From sequence record OR545507.1: a DNA stretch of 64,000 nt. The stretch is one strand, 5' to 3'. A program made the position numbers and the translations under genes. The notes beneath the pieces are model-generated. The model was not told the DNA's origin. It saw only the letters and a program-made list of their open reading frames with translations, and searched no databases. Shown here in pieces: positions 29,496-35,382 of this stretch. Each line of letters begins with the position of its first letter. Position 1 is the first letter of the stretch.

Positions 29496-29978
29496 TTATG
29501 CTTCAACTTTGCGATGAGCTTCGATCCATTCCTCGCGAGTCATACCGCTTTCTTTGATAGCGTCCAGTACTACCGCAATGCAGTTACCGCGTACAGGAAT
29601 CAAATGTTCTTCCCCGTTATCAAGTACTACCGCTACACGTTCCTGAATCCATTTTTTAGGCTTAGATTCCGGCTTATCTTCACCATACTTAACCGCCAGG
29701 GCTTTATGTGCCATTTCCACAACCACTTCCAGATCCAATCCAGACACTGCCGCCTGAATACTTTCAATTGTTGCTTGTAGTTCTGCTTCACGGGCTTTTT
29801 TCTGTTCTTCCAGTTCTGCTACCTTTTTGGCTTGCAGTTCTTTCGCAGTACTGTACGCAATGTTAAAATTGTTGCGTACCGCTTTCATGGTATCGCTATC
29901 CAGTTCAGCCAGGATTTCTGCCGCTACGTTAGTTTCATTTGCTACCAGTGCTTTGATGAATGATTTTACATTAGCCAT
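29496..29978 (-). CDS. H-NS/StpA-like protein (divergent)
   Basis: coiled-coil N-half; C-terminal VLDNGEEHLIPVRGNCIAVVLDAIKESGMTREEW aligns by eye with H-NS [34 protein letters not shown]. Confidence 0.55.
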   Translation of the reverse strand: MANVKSFIKALVANETNVAAEILAELDSDTMKAVRNNFNIAYSTAKELQAKKVAELEEQKKAREAELQATIESIQAAVSGLDLEVVVEMAHKALAVKYGEDKPESKPKKWIQERVAVVLDNGEEHLIPVRGNCIAVVLDAIKESGMTREEWIEAHRKVEA

Positions 29979-30181
29979 TTTATAAATCCTCAATTAAAGT
30001 TTAGTTTACGTTAGATAGTGTATCAAAGTTTTCTCGACGTGTCCAGTTTTTCGTTCGACTTACTGGCGGTCTACTTAGTGCTCCCCGTCTTGATGTAATA
30101 CATTCTACGCTTTTCTGTGGTAATGTCAACTACTTTTTTAAAACTATTTTTAAAGTATCTCAGTACTACGATACTACAAAA

Positions 30182-30224
30182 ACAAAAAAGCCCACTGTTT
30201 AAGGTGGGCTAGTGATTCAGTACT
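30182..30224 (-). terminator. terminator, 43-bp direct repeat copy 2
   Basis: identical to 29446-29488. Confidence 0.75.
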
Positions 30225-30227
30225 AGA

Positions 30228-30527
30228 TTATAAACAGTTAATTACTCCGGTGTGCGTTACTTTCTCAGTATCCATAACCGTGACCGATCCACGCTTAGTA
30301 CTGGCATCATAATAAATTGTGGTGCTACCGTTTTCGTCTTCTTCATGGAACGGGCCGTTTTTAAATGCTTCCGGCTGGATCTCTAAATCCTTTAATACAA
30401 TCTCGCCAGTTCTTTCATCGGTCATTGCAACAGTGCACTGAATGAATTTTTCATTACTTACATCTAATGACGCATTAACAGCGAAAGAGGAAACAGATAA
30501 AGCCAGGGCGATGATTGCAATTTTCAT
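30228..30527 (-). CDS. predicted exported protein
   Basis: Sec-type signal MKIAIIALALSVSSFAVNA. Confidence 0.7.
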   Translation of the reverse strand: MKIAIIALALSVSSFAVNASLDVSNEKFIQCTVAMTDERTGEIVLKDLEIQPEAFKNGPFHEEDENGSTTIYYDASTKRGSVTVMDTEKVTHTGVINCL

Positions 30528-30611
30528 TTGATTATCCTTAGTTACCAGGGGGAACCGCTCCCCCTTGCTATGTAAAATATTATACAGTACTAAAAACTAA
30601 TTGCAAGTACT

Positions 30612-30848
30612 TTATGATTTTTTATAAAACATTTCGGCAGTGATATTTTTACCCGTTGGCTGTACTTTATCCAGAATTTTTTGATGCCCTGGCCGTCCAA
30701 ATGAATATGATCCGTAAACCGTAAACCAGTAGTTACCCTCAGTGTTTACATGTACAGCACAATAGGGAACGCCCCGCGATTCATCACTAGTAAAGTGTGC
30801 TACCGTTCCCGTTACATTCGAAGTCGTTGATTTGATTTGTTCAAGCAT
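30612..30848 (-). CDS. hypothetical early protein
   Basis: ORF behind promoter-stem-loop. Confidence 0.7.
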   Translation of the reverse strand: MLEQIKSTTSNVTGTVAHFTSDESRGVPYCAVHVNTEGNYWFTVYGSYSFGRPGHQKILDKVQPTGKNITAEMFYKKS

Positions 30849-30955
30849 TTTCTTATTCCTTAGTTACCAGGGGAACCGCTCCCCTATGCAAAACATTATA
30901 CGCGTTTAAAAACTAATAGCAAGTATTTTAATAAAAAGTATTTGGAAAATAATTG

Positions 30956-31030
30956 TTGACAAGTGCATCCAGTACTGGCATAATTACTACATCAAGACGA
31001 AACAGTCACTAACCCACCGGGTGCATAGAT
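30956..31030 (+). repeat. promoter-CCCANNGGGTGC element F
   Basis: TTGACA-N17-CATAAT; GAC-GAAACA-GTC hairpin; ACCCACCGGGTGCA. Confidence 0.8.
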
Positions 31031-31062
31031 CCGTCTATTAAATGATTCAGTACTGAAAAAGT

Positions 31063-31090
31063 AACGGGGAGTTATTATCTCCCCGCGTTG
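31063..31090. terminator. hairpin between convergent transcripts
   Basis: CGGGGAG-TTATTAT-CTCCCCG. Confidence 0.65.
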
Positions 31091-31312
31091 TTATTTTGTA
31101 AGGTATAAACAGAAGTCACCTTTATTTGCTACGCCGCCAGTGTAACGCGATGAATAGTTAGAAATATCTTGTACTTCTGCTATTACCAGTGTATCATCAT
31201 TCATTTCGTCGCAGAAGCAAACGGCTGGATCTTTTACGCCGATATTGTCGGCATGTTCCCGCATAGATTTAACCAGTGCTTCCAGTTGAGAAAGAGTAGT
31301 GATATTAGCCAT
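31091..31312 (-). CDS. hypothetical early protein
   Basis: start MANITT after promoter-stem-loop. Confidence 0.7.
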   Translation of the reverse strand: MANITTLSQLEALVKSMREHADNIGVKDPAVCFCDEMNDDTLVIAEVQDISNYSSRYTGGVANKGDFCLYLTK

Positions 31313-31398
31313 TGTATTTTCCTCATTACCAGGGAGAACCATTTCTCCCCTCTATGTAAACTATTATACAGTACTGAAAACTAATTGCAAGTACTTTT

Positions 31399-31602
31399 TT
31401 AATTTAATTGCTTTAAAACATACTCAAAGACACCACGCACATCATTGATCATCGCCTGGCGGTTAGCAGGTAACGCATCAGGATCGCCACTATCCCAGGC
31501 ATTGATAAAACTCCCCAAATCATGATAGATTTTATTCTGTAAGCCGATTAACTGTAATTCTTTTTCTTCAAGCTCTTTGATGCGGTCGATTAAATCACTC
31601 AT
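31399..31602 (-). CDS. hypothetical early protein
   Basis: start MSDLIDR. Confidence 0.65.
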   Translation of the reverse strand: MSDLIDRIKELEEKELQLIGLQNKIYHDLGSFINAWDSGDPDALPANRQAMINDVRGVFEYVLKQLN

Positions 31603-31619
31603 TAGATAATCCTCAGTAC

Positions 31620-31904
31620 TTAACTGTAAGATCCGCAACGGTCGCAGTAGTGCCCGTCCTCGTCATCGTCAACGAATTGACCGACGAAATGATCTACTTT
31701 CGCTTTCAGGTTATTATAATCGTTTTCTACTTCATTTAAACGCTTCTGGTAGTATTCCAGTGCTTTAAGATATGCCGCATCAGCAGTTTTCTCCTGCATA
31801 GCTAAATTCATGCCACGCGTTTCATCGTACAGCCAAAAACCATCGGTGCACTGGCTAATAGATAATGACTTGCTTAGTACTGTATAGTTAATTACTTTAC
31901 CCAT
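31620..31904 (-). CDS. hypothetical early protein
   Basis: ORF; C-terminal CxxC. Confidence 0.7.
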   Translation of the reverse strand: MGKVINYTVLSKSLSISQCTDGFWLYDETRGMNLAMQEKTADAAYLKALEYYQKRLNEVENDYNNLKAKVDHFVGQFVDDDEDGHYCDRCGSYS

Positions 31905-31996
31905 TAGATAATCCTCAGTAAAGGCGGGAACTATTCCCCGCCTCGATATAAAGTATTATACGTTAATCTAACTACAATGCAAGTACTTTTTAAATT

Positions 31997-32263
31997 TTAT
32001 AATCCTTTTACTGCATCAGGTGCGACTACTCCATCAATGTATTGAACATCGTTTTCAACTTCACGGGCGGCATCATTCAGCAGATCAAAATTAAATTCCA
32101 TTTCTTCCAGATCATCGAAATCAGGCTCATAACCATTAATTGTTGAATAAGTCCAAGTACCTTTTTCATAAGTTACGACACTTACATCAGGGAAGAAATC
32201 TTGCACATGATCCATCGCATCCCGAACCAATTGATGTGCAGTTGTGATATTTAAAGTTTTCAT
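31997..32263 (-). CDS. acidic hypothetical early protein
   Basis: ORF behind promoter-stem-loop. Confidence 0.7.
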   Translation of the reverse strand: MKTLNITTAHQLVRDAMDHVQDFFPDVSVVTYEKGTWTYSTINGYEPDFDDLEEMEFNFDLLNDAAREVENDVQYIDGVVAPDAVKGL

Positions 32264-32356
32264 TTTGTTGCCCTTTTAGTGTGAGCGGGGAACCACTCCC
32301 CGCCTCGATGTAAAGTATTATACGCTTTTAAACTTAGTTTGCAAGTACTTTTTAAA

Positions 32357-32968
32357 TTAATATGCGATTGATTCTACTACGTCATCAATAACATTGAATT
32401 GATATTCGTTACCCTCAATCAGTGCCGTAATGTTTTCAGTAGTGAATTGATCCTCATATGCATTCTCTAAATCACGGTACAACTTGCGGGATAATTCACG
32501 AATAGTTTCAGTGAGTAGTTCCTCAAGCTCATTAACTAACGTTTCTTGTTTTGCGGTTAAATCAGTGTAAGCCGATTCAATGTACCCGCTTACAGTATTC
32601 TCATGCGAGTAGTGGGAGTGAGAACGCTTTACACTCATCGCCAAATCATCTTCATTCAGCAGGTGACGGATTGAGCGATACTTAGTTAATGCTCTTACCT
32701 TGCGTAAAAACTTCACTGCGTCAACGTGGTCAGTACTGATTGATGCACCGTCACCCTGGGACCAAAAACCACTGAATTGTATTTCAGCTTCATTAATGCC
32801 ATATTCCGGTAGTACTGTTTCTTTATAGTATTCAATTTCACTTTCAGAAAAATAATTGTCGTTTGAGTTTTTTTCACGTTCCCGAACCAGTTCGATAGCT
32901 GACGTTTTTTGTTCTGCGTTCAATTCAGAAAAATCCATAACGAAAGTAGTAGTAGTGATAGTTTTCAT
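32357..32968 (-). CDS. SGFWSQGDG-motif protein (family often labelled antitoxin-like in mobile elements)
   Basis: DFSELNAEQK...IQFSGFWSQGDGAS; family label recalled, not verified. Confidence 0.6.
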   Translation of the reverse strand: MKTITTTTFVMDFSELNAEQKTSAIELVREREKNSNDNYFSESEIEYYKETVLPEYGINEAEIQFSGFWSQGDGASISTDHVDAVKFLRKVRALTKYRSIRHLLNEDDLAMSVKRSHSHYSHENTVSGYIESAYTDLTAKQETLVNELEELLTETIRELSRKLYRDLENAYEDQFTTENITALIEGNEYQFNVIDDVVESIAY

Positions 32969-33036
32969 TTTGTAACCCTCATTCAGTAGTTGATGTAAGT
33001 ATTATACGCTTTTAAAAACATTTGTCAAACTATTTT

Positions 33037-33116
33037 ATCAGGGGAGTTTTTCGTGTGCCTTACTCCTGGGCTACTTAACGGGAAGTTACTTATTTCGTTC
33101 CCCGTCCTGATGTAAA
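33037..33116 (-). ncRNA. candidate structured small RNA, copy 2
   Basis: as 23049; stem variants keep pairing. Confidence 0.5.
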
Positions 33117-33191
33117 ACATTATACGCCTTTAAACATAGTTTGCAAGTACTTTTTAAAAATAGTTTTCAGTACTGAATATTTAAAAAAGTA

Positions 33192-33255
33192 TTGACAGCA
33201 TTATCAAGTACTGGCATAATATACCCCATGACAACAGCTAACCCACCGGGTGCAC
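33192..33255 (+). repeat. promoter-CCCANNGGGTGC element G
   Basis: TTGACA-N17-CATAAT; ACCCACCGGGTGCA; converges on E. Confidence 0.8.
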
Positions 33256-33286
33256 AATTGTAACTATACTAAACTACTTTTTCTAT

Positions 33287-33364
33287 AGATACACTCCCGC
33301 ACCCTATGGGCTACGGCTTATCTGCCAATGAATACATTATGCCAGTACTGACAAAATAAGTCAA
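33287..33364 (-). repeat. promoter-CCCANNGGGTGC element E
   Basis: TTGACT-N17-CATAAT; GGC-AGATAA-GCC; GCCCATAGGGTGCGGGAGTGTATCT. Confidence 0.8.
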
Positions 33365-33394
33365 TACCGGCAATTGTAAAGATTTGTAAACTGC

Positions 33395-33625
33395 TTATAC
33401 TGCAATCGCGTCCAGGCTATAATAATAATAAGTGCCGTATTGGTGTACTTTATTACCTTTTATTTCAGTACTGAATGAATCCGAACGGTTTGCATATGAT
33501 GTTAATTTAAAGTACTTTGATTTGCTGATACGTTGCCATACACCGCAGATCCGCTGTAAGTAAGTAGTTTTATTCGTGGTAGTATCTTTTACAGTTTTAA
33601 CTTCAGTCATATACATATTAGTCAT
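33395..33625 (-). CDS. hypothetical early protein
   Basis: ORF behind promoter-stem-loop. Confidence 0.7.
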   Translation of the reverse strand: MTNMYMTEVKTVKDTTTNKTTYLQRICGVWQRISKSKYFKLTSYANRSDSFSTEIKGNKVHQYGTYYYYSLDAIAV

Positions 33626-33712
33626 TTTTATTACTCCAGGTTATAGGCGGGAAGAGTTCCCGCTCTCGATGTAAAACATTATACGCCATTAAACATAGTT
33701 TGCAAGTACTTT

Positions 33713-33979
33713 TTATTCAAGTACTGCAATCTTTTTAGTACGGTACACGGTCACGCGGTTGCCCTTTCGGTCGAGCTTTATTTCTACCACTCGACGCGAT
33801 ACACTATCAGGACTTTTCAACGCCGCTAACCAGTACTGTAATGATCTGGCGGTACTACGCTTTATAATGGCCCAACGTTTACCACGTTCCGATTGTACGC
33901 CCATATCTTTAAACGTTGCCCCGTCCTGGCGTGCGGCGATCCGAGCTTGTTCACGCGTCGCAAAATACTTAATATTCAT
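33713..33979 (-). CDS. hypothetical early protein (paralogue of 21531)
   Basis: YFATREQARIAAR..FKDMG..RWA..DRKGNRVTV. Confidence 0.75.
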   Translation of the reverse strand: MNIKYFATREQARIAARQDGATFKDMGVQSERGKRWAIIKRSTARSLQYWLAALKSPDSVSRRVVEIKLDRKGNRVTVYRTKKIAVLE

Positions 33980-34064
33980 GCTGTTGCCCTTATCGTTGGT
34001 GTATGAATAAAACACTATTATAAAGTACTATCGCAAAAAATGATAGTACTTTAAATAAATTCTA

Positions 34065-34304
34065 TTACATTCCAACCATTGCAGCACGGATCGCAGTAGT
34101 GCTATATTTGAATCCGTCCGGCGTTTTATCTTGTCCAGTCTGTTCTAAAAATAACATCATATGACGGGCCGCATCATTACGATTAGTATTGGCGGCAATA
34201 AAGTCCTGGGCCAACCGGTATAATGATTCATCGTTATTAATCCAAAGGCTTACATTCCAATGAGTTTTGTTTTTGTGACCTAAGAACATTTTTGATTTAG
34301 CCAT
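34065..34304 (-). CDS. conserved phage hypothetical protein
   Basis: GHKNKTHWNVSLWINNDE...TPDG..YS...IRAAM; motif recalled from other phages. Confidence 0.75.
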   Translation of the reverse strand: MAKSKMFLGHKNKTHWNVSLWINNDESLYRLAQDFIAANTNRNDAARHMMLFLEQTGQDKTPDGFKYSTTAIRAAMVGM

Positions 34305-34397
34305 TTTTTTAATCCTCTTATATAGTGGGGAACTATTCCCCACCTGATGTAAAACATTATACGCTTTTAAACATAGTTTGCAAGTACTTTATTAAAC

Positions 34398-34760
34398 TTA
34401 TTCGTAAATTTTGCCACTGTCAGCCCATACCAGGAAACGAGGCATATTATCCCATGCATCTTGTTTTAAATTTAAACCGTGTAATACTTCTGTACTTTCC
34501 ATTCCTGGTACTGGTTTACTATACACCGCGAAATTTTCGCCCATATACTGATAAACCATCGTCAAATCACTGGCGATCATCTTATGGATCATCGCATCAA
34601 GCATCACGGTAGCGGCGTATTGTTCACGCTTAAGCGGCAACATTGTAATAAGTTCCCGATAAGCTGAAATGTGAATTTTTACCGTTTCAGCCGGAAGACC
34701 TTTCATCTCTTCACGGAAGTTGACCAGGTTAGAAATAATTTTATTGATTTGGGTCGCCAT
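34398..34760 (-). CDS. hypothetical early protein (first gene of the early run)
   Basis: start MATQINK after promoter-stem-loop. Confidence 0.7.
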   Translation of the reverse strand: MATQINKIISNLVNFREEMKGLPAETVKIHISAYRELITMLPLKREQYAATVMLDAMIHKMIASDLTMVYQYMGENFAVYSKPVPGMESTEVLHGLNLKQDAWDNMPRFLVWADSGKIYE

Positions 34761-35079
34761 CGTATTAATCTCTTTTAAAGTGTAGCGGGAAGTGTTCCCG
34801 CTCTCGATGTAAAACATTATACGCCTTTAAACATAGTTTGCAAGTACTTTCTACATGTACTTTTAAAATAGTTTTCTTTCTATATAGGGGAACTATCATT
34901 CAGTACTATTATTCAGTACTGAATCAACCAAATCACTACTACACCCCATAAAACGGCCTCAGACGCATTCTAACGCATTAATACACCTAAGCTATACATT
35001 TGCACCATTCCAATCATTCCAGGGCTTTACGGGCCGTTTAAACGCGTTAAATTATTTTCAATTATTTTGTTTTTAGCTA

Positions 35080-35167
35080 TTGACTCAGTACAGAAAAAGC
35101 GTATAATTACTACATAGACGCGAGAAAGCGGAAACCCCAGAGGGTGCGGAATTACGCCCAAAATTCA
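35080..35167 (+). repeat. promoter-CCCANNGGGTGC element H
   Basis: TTGACT-N16-TATAAT; CGC-GAGAAA-GCG; CCCCAGAGGGTGCGG. Confidence 0.8.
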
Positions 35168-35180
35168 AGATATAAAAAAA

Positions 35181-35262
35181 GGATACACTCCCGCACCCTA
35201 GCAGGTAAACGCACTTTCTCAGTACTGAAATATAGTACCATAGTCCGGCCCAGGATAGCAAG
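35181..35262 (-). repeat. promoter-GGGTGC element I (degenerate left arm)
   Basis: CTAGGGTGCGGGAGTGTATCC; TACTAT -10 upstream; converges on H. Confidence 0.7.
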
Positions 35263-35295
35263 CAAATTAATTAAAACTTTTTTGCTTCCAGGGTA

Positions 35296-35382
35296 TTGCT
35301 TTATTTTTTCAGTACTGTATAATAGTTCCATCAAGTCGAGAAAGACTCAAGCCCACCGGGTGCATAGTTACGCCCAAAATTC
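35296..35382 (+). repeat. promoter-CCCANNGGGTGC element J
   Basis: TTGCTT-N16-TATAAT; GTC-GAGAAA-GAC; GCCCACCGGGTGCA. Confidence 0.8.

Larger units (their letters stand above)
16632..34845 (-). repeat. dispersed early promoter + stem-loop repeat (about 24 copies with hairpin)
   Basis: TTG(A/C)(C/A)A-N16-TATAAT-GTTTTACAT(C/A)(A/G)AG then GGGGAA-N4-TTCCCC-type hairpin at about 16632, 17503, 18143, 18478, 19027, 19520, 19824, 22371, 22641, 23950, 24575, 25947, 26384, 26970, 27200, 28713, 30547, 30868, 31331, 31923, 32285, 33646, 34327, 34786. Confidence 0.9.

Noticed and set aside
16609-34817. N-terminal extensions such as MFYIESGNTSRY, MVLPGNEENT, MRGNGSPPNK
   Set aside because: These are translations of the promoter and stem-loop DNA upstream of the true RBS.
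16632-34845. CRISPR array or integron suggested by repeats separated by unique sequence
   Set aside because: Spacing is irregular (0.2-1.5 kb), the intervening DNA is whole genes, and the repeats are promoters. No cas gene, integrase or attC-type ends were seen.
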